In this document: positions 23,936-35,874 of the stretch, piece after piece
How the letters are laid out: the number at the start of each line of letters is the position of its first letter
How positions within the stretch are numbered: position 1 is the stretch's first letter
Source of the DNA: Octopus bimaculoides
Taxonomy: Eukaryota
NCBI RefSeq assembly: GCF_001194135.2
Contig: NC_068982.1
Location: 30,363,741-30,400,545, forward strand
Reading direction: 5' to 3'
DNA length: 36,805 nucleotides
The notes under the pieces: generated by a model
Databases searched by the model: none
The model's input: the letters and a program-made list of their open reading frames with translations, nothing else
What the model was told of the DNA's origin: nothing
Position numbers and translations under genes: made by a program

Positions 23936-24559
23936 TTATTGTCACCGGGTTTCTCTATGCTTCCATTGCAAAATATGACTGAATTGTAGTTTATTTTCTC
24001 AGAACAGCCAAAGTGGCAACTTATAAAAGTTGTTCTCATTAAACTGATCATCATGAGATTAAGATTGGTGCATGTGTTTCCATCAATTATTAAAATATTA
24101 TGTGAGAGCCAGGATCATTTCCTTTATATTTAAATGTTCTTTTTAAAAAAGCTCTCCACATCAAGCCTGTTCTTTTGCCTGGATGATTTTATTGCCATAT
24201 CTTGGACTAGTCCTGTCGTGTGAGCCTAAGTTTTCACTCTACCCACGAGTCAAGGGTCAAGAGAAGGTTGTTAATCAGGAAATTAACTCAGTGAATGATA
24301 TGTTATGTGCAATGTAATCATTTTGGCTTAACATTTCAGTCTCACAGTGATAGTTCAGCACTCATCTCTAGAGTAGAATCAAACCATTTTCTCTTTGTAT
24401 TATTAAAATGCTAAACAATTTATCACATTCATTAAACTACTGTCGTTGCTTGTTACTAATTTTTTATTTTTTATTCATGGGTAAGGCCTCTGACTTTGAA
24501 TCAGAAAATTGTGAGTTCAAGTTTTGCTGTGGTTGAGCAATTTATTTTATTAGCTCATT

Positions 24560-24733
24560 CTTTGAGGTGGTTGGTATTAGGAAGGGCATCCAGCCATAGA
24601 AATCATGCCAAAACAGACACTGAAGTATGGTGCAGTCTTCTGCTTGGCCAAATCCTGTCAAACTGTCCAACCCATGCCAGCACGGAAGGAGGATGTTAAA
24701 TGATGATGGTGATGATGATGATAATGATGATGA
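24560..24733 (+). mobile_element. Family-C copy
   Basis: GGTATTAGGAAGGGCATCCAG...CCAACCCATGCCAGCA...(GAT)n. Confidence 0.8.
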
Positions 24734-25440
24734 CTTTATTCAATTTTGACGTGTTTATAGGTACCCCATAACACAGAACTGATAGCACTTGTCCTTGAAA
24801 CATTGGGTGACTTATCAGCTAACATCATCTCTCTCAGCTTTTTAAACACACACTCTTGTCCAGTTATCGAACTTACCCAACACAAAGAATCAGCGATCAA
24901 CTCATGCACATTGTTTTCTATAATTCATCTTAAATTTATGAGCGCTTTATAGCCTTATGGATTAAGTATTAATATCAGATATTTTATGTACTTATTTGTT
25001 TCTAAGTCTAAGCCCATGAATTGAATATATACGATATATATTTTATTATCTCTTTAAATGGGCATACAGCACTACTGTCTTATGAACTGTGTTCAAAACA
25101 GATGAGATCATTTCAAAGCTACTCCATATCCACTAGTGTAAAAACAATGTAAACAGAAACACTCTTAATTGCCTACATCCAATGTTGGTTTCTTACAGCA
25201 ACATCCTGTTCTCCTTTAAACAATCTGCATATTAATCAACCTTCTGCTGGAAATATTTCTTTCTGAGAGGATTAGGAAATACGTGAATGTTTAGATTACA
25301 CCTGTTTACTGAGATGACAGTTAAGACCATTGAAACATTTGAAATTGAGATTGGTTTTGGAAAACTCTGAAGTATTAGGGATTTTCCTAATCATGATTAT
25401 AAGAATGTTAATGATAATATATATTGATAATAATGTTTAA

Positions 25441-25660
25441 CCCTTTAACATTCAAATTACTTTCTTAAATGTAATGCTCATTTATTCATATTGTTTTAAA
25501 TTAATCGTGCATTGTCTCATAGCTTCAAGATCTCAACGATCTGGTTGTTTATTTTTAGAATGACATTGTAGGATAGATGTAAAAAGTCAGAGCTAGCTGA
25601 TTTGAACATAAAACAAATAAAATATTTAGGTTGGATGTGGCCTGTGTAAATGTTAAAGGG
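25441..25660. mobile_element. 220-bp TTAA-flanked (piggyBac-like) MITE
   Basis: TTAA at 25437-40 and 25661-64, with a perfect 12-bp TIR CCCTTTAACATT. Confidence 0.85.
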
Positions 25661-25939
25661 TTAATAACAAGAACGTTAATGATCATATTAACTTGCACGT
25701 GGTTGAAGGTTAACTTTGAATGCTTGTTGGCTATTTCTTGTGTTAGATCCTTTGATTATTTGAGTAAAATTATTACCCTTAGATAACTTCTGTTCATAAT
25801 ATTGAATCATAAAGGTTAGCATTTTTGTATTATTTTCATATACTTGGTTAATGTAAGGATAGGATGATGGGAATAACTGGATAAAATTATTGACTGAAAA
25901 ATGCTTTTTTGTCTTATTACTGGAAATCCCTCTCAAAAG

Positions 25940-26640
25940 ATAGCAATAAAACAAGCCTCAAGCAAATGGTTGGTATGTTGATAGTTACAAAAGAAAATAT
26001 TATTCATTCAACCATTCATCGACACTTGTGTGCTATCGGAAAAGTCAGCAACTTGGGTCAATGGGTTCCTCACAAACTTTCCAAGTCTAATCACATGCAG
26101 AGAGTGAATGTGTGCTCTTCTTTGCTGTCATATCTCACGAATGAACCTTTTTTGGGGGCCGAATAGTGACTGGGGGCCAAATAAGTTCTCTATCAAAATG
26201 TCAAGCACCGAAGACAGTTAGGGAAAGGAGAAACACTGGTACCCCAAGCTAAAGAAGGTCTTCACCCACATAAGGTGTTGTTATCTGTTTGATGAGATAT
26301 GAAAGGTTTACTCCACTTTGAACTTTTAAACCCAAACCAAAACATAAAGGAGAACTACTGCAAGCAGCTTGAGCAAGCACTAGAAGGAAAACGACCATCC
26401 TTGGTTTCAAGACAAAAGGTGTTCTTCCATCAGTATAATGCTCGACCACATACAGCAAGGATGACATTCCAAAGGCTGGAGCATTCTAAATGGGGAACAG
26501 TGTCCCACCCACCATATTTGCCAGACATTGCTCTGTGTGATTATCATTTATTCCGCAGTCTTCAAAATCATTTGGATGGAAAAAATATGAATTCTGTAGA
26601 CGCGGTCAGAACAGTAATGGAGGAGTATGTTCTTCTCACA
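25940..26640 (+). pseudogene. Inactive mariner (Tc1/mariner DD34D) transposase remnant
   Basis: Motifs WVPHKL, RIVTG, GLHPHKVLLSV, FHQYNARPH and HPPYLPDIALCDYHLFRSLQNHL are present. There are frameshifts and TGA TGA where WW is expected; no TIRs were found. Confidence 0.92.
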
Positions 26641-26999
26641 GTGAAGCCTACTTAATTCTACATGTAATGTATATGAACATACTTGCTTATACACACCAGA
26701 AGCTAGTCAAGACTAGGCTGAGCAATATAATTTTGTTAGCTTCTTATCAAAACTAAAGTTAAGTGACTTCACTTGAGAATGAGTGCAACTCATTGAAATG
26801 TCTGGAATATTAAGATGACAATGAATTAAAATTTTTATTGGAATACTACTTTGTATCAATCCAAATTGATGGTGAATATAAATGTGTGTGTGTGTGTTTG
26901 TGTGTGAAGAAAGCTGGCATTTTTATAAAAATCTATTATGGTAAACAGAAAGCAATAAAATATTATTAGGTATTATTTTTAAACATCTGTTTTATAAGC

Positions 27000-27158
27000 A
27001 CAGGCATGGCTGTGTGGTAAGAAATTTGCTTCCCAACCACATGGTTCTAGGTTCAGTCCCACTGCATTGCACATTGGGCAAAAGTCTTCTACTCTAGCAT
27101 TGGGCTGACCGAAACCTTGTGAGTAGATTTAGTTGATAGAAACTGAAAGAAACCTGTC

Positions 27159-27229
<71 letters not shown>

Positions 27230-27478
27230 TATATATGTGTGTGTGTGTGTGTATATATATATACCTGTTTTTGTGTAAGTGTTTGTCCCCCACCACTGCT
27301 TTACAGTTGGTGTGTCTACATACCCATAACTTAGTGGTTCAGCCAAAAGAAACTAATAGAATAAGTACCAGGCTTTAAAAAATGTAAGTTCTGGAGTTGA
27401 TTCTTTTAACTAAAATTGTTCAAGGCAGTGCTCCAGCATGACCATAGTCTAATGACTGAAACAAGTAAAAGATAAAGA
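27000..27478 (+). mobile_element. tRNA-derived SINE ('family A') with an internal (TA)n/(TG)n microsatellite
   Basis: Head GGCATGGCTGTGTGGTAAG...GGTTCAGTCCCACTGC, then about 100 bp of TA/TG repeat, then GTTTGTCCCCC...GTGCTCCAGCATG...GACTGAAACAAGTAAAAGA. Confidence 0.85.
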
Positions 27479-27661
27479 CATAGACACACCCTTGGATGCA
27501 TCCATCCATTTATCCATCTTTATATAAGAACAACTGAAGGACAGAAGGATTCCAAAATTGAGTGAGTTATTTCTATTAATTCTATTAATTTCTTCTGAGC
27601 TTCATTAAAATGAAACCTCAGTATTCCTTTCCCCTGAATGTTGAACTTGTGAAAAACAATA

Positions 27662-27877
27662 TTGGTTTCAAATTTTGGCACAAGGCCAGCAATTTCGGTG
27701 GAGCAGGTTAGTCGGTTGTATCAACCCCAGCGCTCAACTGTTACTGATTTTATCAACCCTGAAAGGATGAAAGGTAAAGTTGACCTCAGTGGTATTTGAA
27801 CCTGGCATGTAAAGACAGATGAAATACAACCAAGCATTTTGCCCGGCGTACTAATAATTCTGCTAGCTCACTGCCTT
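27662..27877 (-). mobile_element. Family-B SINE copy
   Basis: Contains GGCACAAGGCC, GAAAGGATGAAAGG and CATTTTGCCCGGCG, the reverse complement of the 34117 head and body. Confidence 0.8.
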
Positions 27878-28467
27878 TGCAGTAACTGATATTACTAGCA
27901 TTCTTATTACATCTCTGTTCTTCTGATGTGCTGTTTACTGGGATTGCTAATATTTTGCACTTGTAGCCCAGGACATAGAAATTATAGTTCCTCCTATGCA
28001 TTATGGCTTGGGTGAGGCTGTTGAATGTATTTTGTGCATTTATTTAATACCTAATTAATTTTGCTGCTGGTTGCAGTGAGATACTCATCAAACGTTGCAT
28101 ATTTATTGAAGCAAGAATTTATACATTAGGTGACCTTTCGCTTATATCCGTTCTCATTAGTTCCCATTAGTTCTTGGGTTCCACAAGTTCATGTGAGATC
28201 TCACTAGTTCTCATTAGTTCTTGCATTGAAGTCGGTGGTTTTTACTATTTTATTGTTAGTCACTTTGCTATTTCTCTTTAGTCCACATTAGTTCAATTAA
28301 TGCTTATATTCACTGTCCCATTGTCCTGTAGGATAATGAGATGATCAATATAAGATTTAAGTGTAGTAGCTCAGGTAATGGATGAGAGTTCAATCCCTAA
28401 GTCAGTCAGATATTATATTCTTTGGTTCGAATGGAATGACTGTCTATTATTATTTTTTTTTTTTTCC

Positions 28468-28731
28468 ACTTGTTTTACTCCTTGGATTGTGGCCTTGATG
28501 GAGCACTGTCTCAATGAGTTTTAGTCAAACAAATCAACCCCAGTACTTGTTTTTATCTATTTACTTTTTTATTCTGATACTCATCCTATAAGTCTCTTTT
28601 GCTGAACTGGTAAATTGTAGGGATGAAAACAAAGCAGCACTGGTTGTTAAGACATTGAGGACCAACGCAGAAACACACACACTGACACCCGTGTGTGTGT
28701 GTGTATAGCTATCTATCTATCTATCTATCTA

Positions 28732-28782
<51 letters not shown>

Positions 28783-29097
28783 GAGAATGTACGAAAAAAC
28801 AACAGACGAGGACAGGTGGTGTAAATAACAAAAGGATGTATTAGTATGACGCTCGGGAATACAGAAAGTCTTTAACGTTTCGAGCTACGCTCTTCAACAG
28901 AAAGAATACGGAGACAAGGAGAAAAACACGGAGAAAAAAAAATTGAATAGTGTTCGGTCAACGGTCAATCGTATGTATATATATATATATTTCAGTTTTT
29001 GTCTACCGAAGACACTTGTCCAAGGTGCCACACAGTGAGACTGAATTTAAAACCATGTAGTTGTGTAGCAGACTCCTTACTACACAGCCATGAATGC
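28468..29097 (-). mobile_element. Family-A SINE with an expanded microsatellite and a 191-bp secondary insert
   Basis: Tail reverse complement at about 28480-28690 (GGAGCACTG, AAATCAACCCCAGTAC) and head reverse complement at about 28990-29097 (GACACTTGTCCAAGGTGCCACACAGTG). Confidence 0.72.
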
Positions 29098-29716
29098 AAC
29101 TATGCAATATTACAAGCAGCAGAATAACTAATAGGAGATTAAACTTTGAATTGACAACTAAATATGGACTAACTATCTCTTCTATTTCATTATGGGCTCT
29201 ATTTGAAGTTTTGAGAACATTACCAAATATAACAGACTCTGTGAAAAAAGCCAGAGGGTACAATTACTGTATCTCAGTGACTTTAGCAATTGAGATGAGG
29301 GCGCTGTAGTCCAAATAATGACAATTCTTCATCTCAGAAATTCTAATCGAATTTAGTGAGTTTTTGTTAGTTATCACTTTTTCATGTTAAGATCTCACTT
29401 GTTATTGATAGTTCTTTGAAAAAAAACAAATGTAGCTCATCTCAGTTTGATGGGTTAGAACAAACAGACATATATCCTCCGGCTGGAAACATGACAGAAT
29501 CGCTGTATTCTTCCAGACATAATATTCTACCGCACATTACATCATTTACTGACAATATCACTACAGCTTTTTCTTGTATCAGATCTGAGACAGTTATACA
29601 TAACCTAAATGTACCCAGCAGCTAATGAGGAATCTTCTATGTGGTTGTCTGACCTGATACAAATAGCAGTCAAATCTTCCTCAAATTACATTGATCCATC
29701 TTAGTCCTCACTAATG

Positions 29717-29990
29717 CATCATCATCATCATCATCATCATCTAGCGTCCACTCTCCATGCTGGCATGGGTTAGATGGTTTGACTGGAGCTGATGAGTCAG
29801 AGAGCTACACCAGGTTCCAGTCTGATTTGGCATGGTTTCTACAGCTGGATGCCCTTCCTAATGCCAACAACTCCAGGAGTATAATGGGTGTTTTTACATG
29901 CCACAGGCATGGGTGCCCTTTACATGACACCAACAACAACCACAGCTACGATTCTCAGGTAGGTGCTATTTACATGGCACCAGCAGCGAC
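29717..29990 (-). mobile_element. Family-C copy nested in an older unclassified repeat
   Basis: (CAT)n...CCATGCTGGCATGGGTT...CTGGATGCCCTTCCTAATGCC. Confidence 0.8.
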
Positions 29991-30454
29991 CGCAACTGTG
30001 ATTCAATGCATGAAAATAAAAAGGAACGCAATGGTCACGACTAGAATGCCTTTGATCATTTTGATTGCTCACATGGATTTGACCTAGGGCTAAACAACAA
30101 CAGCCCCTGCATCTTTCTATCCATAAATGTAATGTTATTAGATCAACAGATTCCAAGCAAATTGTAAATGCACAATCTTTGACAATCTTTTATGATTATT
30201 ATACAGGTGAGACTTTGTCACACAAGTTGGGCTTTTGTCTTTAGAAGTGAAAATTATTTCAGCCTTGAATGGTCATTAACTTTATACAGAATAAAAATAT
30301 ACTCTGCCTGATATTGCTCTTCAAACTTTGGGATAATAGACCTCCTGTGCACAATAATAATTCTGGATTATATCTGGCACTCTGGCAGTTACGATGAAAA
30401 GGGTTCCCGTTGATCTGGTCAACGGAATGTGCAGGTGGCTGAGTACTCCATAGA

Positions 30455-30668
30455 CTCACATTGCCTTAACATAGTCCTCAAGGAGATTCAGTATGACAGA
30501 GAATGTGACAAGGGTGGCCCTTTGAAATACAGGTACAGCTGTATTTTGCCAGCTACATGAACTGGAACAATGTGAAATAAAGTGTCTTGCTCAAGGATGC
30601 ATATGCCCCTAGGAATTGAACTCATGACCTTATGATTGTGAGCCAAATATCCTAACCACTAAGCCACG
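30455..30668 (-). mobile_element. tRNA-derived CORE-like SINE with a different 3' part
   Basis: Same head and core as the 22320-22757 copy (TTGAGCAAGACACTTTATTTCACATTGTTCCAGTTCA), diverging downstream. Confidence 0.65.
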
Positions 30669-32921
30669 TGTAATTCTGGTAACATATATATATATGTTAC
30701 TAAATGCACCATTGGAGCTAATGAGAAAGATCTGTGTGCTGTCTCTCAATCTGCTAGAAATAGTAACTAAATCTTCCTGAACTCACATCTTACCATCTGA
30801 AATAGAGAAGAGTAAAGGAGAAAATGCTGTCCCTAATAAACATGCTAACTGACCTTTTAAAGGCTTGAACAACTTTAATCATAGGTTTGTTTGATCAGAG
30901 CTGGTCTGGACCTAAACCATAACCAATAACCCTTGTCCAATGCAAGAAGAAGCCCACTTGCTTCACTCACCAACACATCGCACTCTTTTGTTCATTACTA
31001 GCATTTTACCTATCTCTGTATTATATACACTTATCCCATTTGTCTTTGCCCTTCTAACAAAAGTCTTGTTGGTTTGTACTCTTCTCCTTCCTAGAACTAG
31101 TCAATGCTTATATTTCCCTTCCAAGTAATAACTGCCCATTAAGAATTTAATTGAACTTTAACTGCATCACTCTCACCGAATTACTGCCATCACTACAAAA
31201 GTAATGTCTTCAGTATTGAAAGTATCACACAACAGCTGTTACTAACTTTCTTGTTTTCCACCATAACTCTAAATAGATATTGCTGTTACAGCTGACTATG
31301 CTCAACTTTATTGATACAACAGATCTGTTAAGTTTATTTAACAACCATATGTATCTACCATGTGCCTTATGCATGTTCTATTTAATCTGCCCTTTCCAGA
31401 AACAGGAAAATCATTTTTCTACAGCAATGCTAACAGTTCTTTGATTTTTCCCCCACAACTTTATTATGCCACCTAAGTAGCAGAACATGTCTTCTACATC
31501 CCAGTCAACATTTTAGCAATCGATCATCTTTATCTCACATCAGCTCTTGCAGCAAAATATTCCTCTGTATCTCATTTACTGGAGTGGTTTGTTGTCAACC
31601 TGCCAGCATCTAACTGTAAAATTTATCTATTCGTTTCTTTCACAGAGTTCACAAATTTGCATTTTTGTATTTTGTTAAAAAAAGGTCACTTCCCTAAATG
31701 ATGCTGGACATTTGGTCTACGTGCTACTTACTAATATTTTTGTATTTGCTATTTAGAACGATGTGTGGTTCTAACAACAACTAATGTTTGTCTCCTGATT
31801 AGTTATGTCAGGGTTTATAGTGGAAAGAGGAGGTGTGATGGTAGAGCCCTTCCAGACAGATTTAGTTAGTTTTATGAACAACACTGAAAGATCACAAGAA
31901 CATTTACAAACTTTATTCAGTAGAATCAAGAATTAATTCAAATTCAGAAAGAGTTTGTGTTGGTTATAGTGTTTTAAGACTGAAGTATTAAAGTATTGGG
32001 TGATGAAGAACTTAAACACAACAATCAACTACTTGTTAGAGGTAGCTATTAATTGAGTCCAGTGTGTTCAGTGTTAGCTTGATTGATTATATTTCTAATT
32101 ACTATGAACAAAGAAAATGCTGGTGACTTTTGGAGTGACTTTGCAGTTTGATAGTGATTGATAAACACAAGTGAATCAGGCGAGCAACTGTGCCAAAATG
32201 GTTTGAAATCTGCAAAAGATATATTGATCATATTTTCCAGTTTTGGGGCCAAGAAACGTTTTGTACTGCATTGCTTGGTTCACCATTCCAAATATTTTCT
32301 TTTGACTTAAGTTTTCATCATCCATTCATTTCTGTCTATTTAATATCAATTCAAACACCACTCAATTGGATATGGCTGTATAATAAATAAAGTTCACTTT
32401 GTAATCATGTGGTTGAAGTCTAGATTCACTTCCACTAAGCAGTACCTAAGCAAGCGTCTTCTCTATAGCCAAGATTTGACTACTGTTTTTAAGAGTGAAA
32501 TTTGTGTGACAGAAATGGTTTGAAGGTTCATCATGATTGTATGGGCATTATATCTTTCAATGCTCATCAATAAAAGACGTAAAGAATATCAAGAAAACTG
32601 AAAAACTGGTGCTCTTTAAGCAAAGTCCTTTGTGATATTTGTTCAACACTGAGTTTCAAATACTTCCTTGTTACTCTTAATGTCAAAAATGTGCAGGAAA
32701 CTAGTAGTTGATCCACTGGAGAATTATCATCATTAGCCTATAGGAAATGCATAACCATTAACTCTATTTTCCACAATTTGATTTATGGAAAAACAAAACA
32801 AACAAGAATTGGAATTGCTTTAATTGACTACACTCTGCCCCATTGTCACCCCACTTTAAATTGTGTGGCTCTATGCCAAAGTTAGGAATCGTTATTTATT
32901 CATTACCTTTCTCTCTTACAG

Positions 32922-33074
32922 ATATTGTCAAATAATCGGAATGATTTTTAATGAGATAGGCATTGACTGCGTGGTGCTTCATTCAATGATGTCTCAGAGA
33001 AATAGATTGGCTGCCCTGGCCAAGTTCAAATCTAGTCAAGTGCGTATCATCATAGCAACAGACGTTGCCAGCAG
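32922..33074 (+). CDS. DDX49: Next exon of DDX49, containing helicase motif V
   Basis: Acceptor ctctcttacAG ends at 32921 and donor GTGAGT starts at 33075. The exon is 153 nt, phase 2-2, and translates as (K)YCQIIGMIFNEIGIDCVVLHSMMSQRNRLAALAKFKSSQVRIIIATDVASR. The upstream exon's AA plus this exon's A gives Lys, so the join is in frame. LHSMM..Q..R.AALAKFKSS is characteristic of DDX49. Confidence 0.95.
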
Positions 33075-34116
33075 GTGAGTGCTCCGAGAGAATAATTCTA
33101 CCTTTCTTTCATACACAACAGGAGACAAACAAAATATGTTGTCTCCATTACACGGTAGATGATAATTTCAATTACTTGTGAGTATGAATTCATCTCTGCC
33201 CCCCCCCACANNNNNNNNNNCGTTCTCTCCACCCCCACCCCACCCCCATTTTCTTCTTTATTATTTGTCCAGTCTGTTTTACTTTCATTTATCATGATAA
33301 ATATTCCTGTGTTATTACTTCCTTCAGCTGCTGATCTTCATCTGTCAAGGTTAAACTTCATCTCTAAGGCATTTCACTGAAGAATTAAGCATAGACGTTT
33401 GCTCAGTGTTGAGAGATAAACTATTGTTCATTTTTGCAAGATGTGTATCATGATGGACATGTCTTAGTTTTATTTCACAGTATTTACGCAAGCAATTGGC
33501 AAGTGAGTATACCATGGAGGATTTTGATATTGCATTCAAGGATAATAGCATTAGAGCTGTATTGCATACAGCAGCAACACCGAAGCCAGTTGCCAGTGTT
33601 AAGAAATAAATATTTTTAATTTTGAAAGCAATATCTATCAGCATCAGGTGGGACTAGAAGATAATTATGTGGCTCCGTTTGTAGCAGTAATTAAGAAATA
33701 AGGTATGGGAGGTGTTTATTTCATCACTTAAGGTACATGGGGTCCTCCAACATTGTTATATAGTTTATAAATACATACTGTTGCAGATAGTATTATTTGA
33801 ATTCTATTAACGAATCACTCATAATTTATACAAGTCAGGCAGTGGAATAGGTTTTATACTGAGAGAAAGATAAGAGCTGTAACAGTTTGGGCATGGGCAG
33901 AGCCTTGGTTCGTGAAAAATAACAACTTAAAAACAAATAACTGATTCTGAAGGATATATAATCTCAGATTAGAGAGAGATGTAAAGGTATGGAAAGAGGA
34001 AAACCTAAGAGAGTGAAACTGGTGATAGGGATCAGGGAGTGGAGAAAATAGAGGAATTTTAGTGAGAGAAGCAGATTAGAATGACAGGGAAATGGTATAC
34101 AGGTATACAAACAGAA

Positions 34117-34351
34117 AGGCGGTGAGCTGGCAGAAACCTTAGCACGCCGGGCAAAATGCTTAGTGGTATTTCGTCTGCCGTTATGTTCTGAGTTCAAATT
34201 CCGCCGAGGTCGACTTTGTCTTTCATCCTTTCGGGGTCGATAAATTAAGTACCAGTTACGCACTGGGATCGATATAATCGACTTAATCCCTTTGTCTGTC
34301 CTTGTTTATCCCCTCTGTGTGTAGCCCCTTATGGGCAATAAAGAAATAAGA
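34117..34351 (+). mobile_element. Young full-length tRNA-derived SINE ('family B')
   Basis: Perfect 13-bp TSD TATACAAACAGAA at 34104-34116 and 34352-34364. The tRNA-like head runs GGCGGTGAGCTGGCAGAA...GAGTTCAAATTCC, and many CpGs are retained. Confidence 0.88.
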
Positions 34352-35077
34352 TATACAAACAGAAGTACACAAATGCGTACATACCAGGAAGTTTGGGCTA
34401 AATTTAACATTTTGCATAAAAAGCAAAGAAGGCACAATATTCCATTAATAAAAAAAATGCCAGCACAAGTATATATACAAAAACATGTATGTGCATGCAC
34501 ACACAACTGTGTAAACCCTGACTGATTGGCATAGTCCACCAGAGACACACACACACTCCATTTACTGGTCAACAGCTATGTTGTGTTCAACTTTTCAAGC
34601 TCCTCACTAACAGTTATGCTCAGTCCCTCATTCCCATATGTTTTGACTTCTAGATCTCTCCTCCTGCTCATGTGTTTCTTGCAACTGTTGACTTGCAGTG
34701 GTTTAAGCGAAGCATTTATAGCATCAATCTCACCAGAAGGTTGCCCAGCCCATAGACCCCACCTCATTGTCTTCAGCCAGAGAGTGTAAAAAAAATAGAA
34801 AACTACAAACATTGATATGAAGTATGGTGATGAGAGAGAGGTGTACAGTATGACAGAGAGACAGAGGTCAGTGGCACAAAGAAGTGGATACAGTGAGTGA
34901 CAAAAAAAAAGAGAAAGGTGGGCGACATTGTTGGCAGATATGAGAGAGTGTTCAGTTGAAAATAAAGTGGTTTGAGATGTTATTGAGAATGCTGGTTAAG
35001 TAATGAGAAGTTGGCCCAAGGAAAGAGATAATTAGTAATACAGAAGAGGACACGAAATATATGCAATTCTCATTAAC

Positions 35078-35310
35078 ATCATCATCAGCATTTAATGTAT
35101 GTTATCCTTGCTGGCATGTGTTGGACGGCTTGACAAGAACTGACAAGGTCAGGCATTGCAGCAGATAGTCAGTTTTGGCTTGGTTTCTACTGCTGCATGT
35201 TCTTCCTAATGCCTACCACTTTACAAAGTGTACTGTGTGCTTTTTATGTGGCACCATCACCAGTGTTATTCATGTGGTGCCATCACCAGTGCTTTTTATG
35301 TGACACCTTG
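35078..35310 (-). mobile_element. Family-C copy with ~28-bp internal tandem repeats
   Basis: (CAT)n...GCTGGCATG...TTCCTAATGCC, followed by repeated TTTTTATGTGGCACCATCACCAGTG units. Confidence 0.75.
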
Positions 35311-35874
35311 ATTTTAGGATCTCAGTTCTGTTGTGGTGAGTAGGGTCTTCTTGAGTACATCAATGCACCACATATTTCTGCTCTATTATAACTATAACAG
35401 CTGGAGAAATGGTGTTGTAGGCAGAGGGATGAAGGAGTGTTAAGGAGATGCATTGTGGAAAGTCTTGACAGTTATATGTTGATTATGAATAATATTGTCT
35501 CTTAATTTTTGCATTTGTTTATTATTGGCAACCAAACAATACAAATCAACACTTTATTGTACAGCTAACATCATTTATTTGGTGTAGCCATCAACATGGC
35601 TGTCTATGTTATTGATTACTGATATATATACTTGCTAATGAATAACCATTATATCACTTAGCAAATTTCTACGAAAATGTTCATTATTCTTAGCATTTGA
35701 TTTCAAAACTCTTGCCTTTCTTTGTTTTCCTATTAATTCCTTTTGTATGGTTCGTCATTTATAACATTATGTCATTTTCAGATAATAAACCTAAAATATA
35801 TGTATACACACACATACACACAACATTGCAGAACTATGATGAACTGTTAGAGGGCCAATTCTTCAACTTAGTTT

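Larger units (their letters stand above)
10666..32921 (+). other. DDX49: 22,256-bp GT-AG intron of DDX49
   Basis: Canonical splice sites, and the flanking exons join in frame as contiguous DDX49 sequence (TNTCK-YCQ). A hidden exon in the 578-N gap cannot be formally excluded but is not needed. Confidence 0.85.

Noticed and set aside
30940-31320. Possible LINE endonuclease remnant on the minus strand (also at about 29420-29600)
   Set aside because: Only vague resemblance (VMAVIR...) with no diagnostic motif recoverable.
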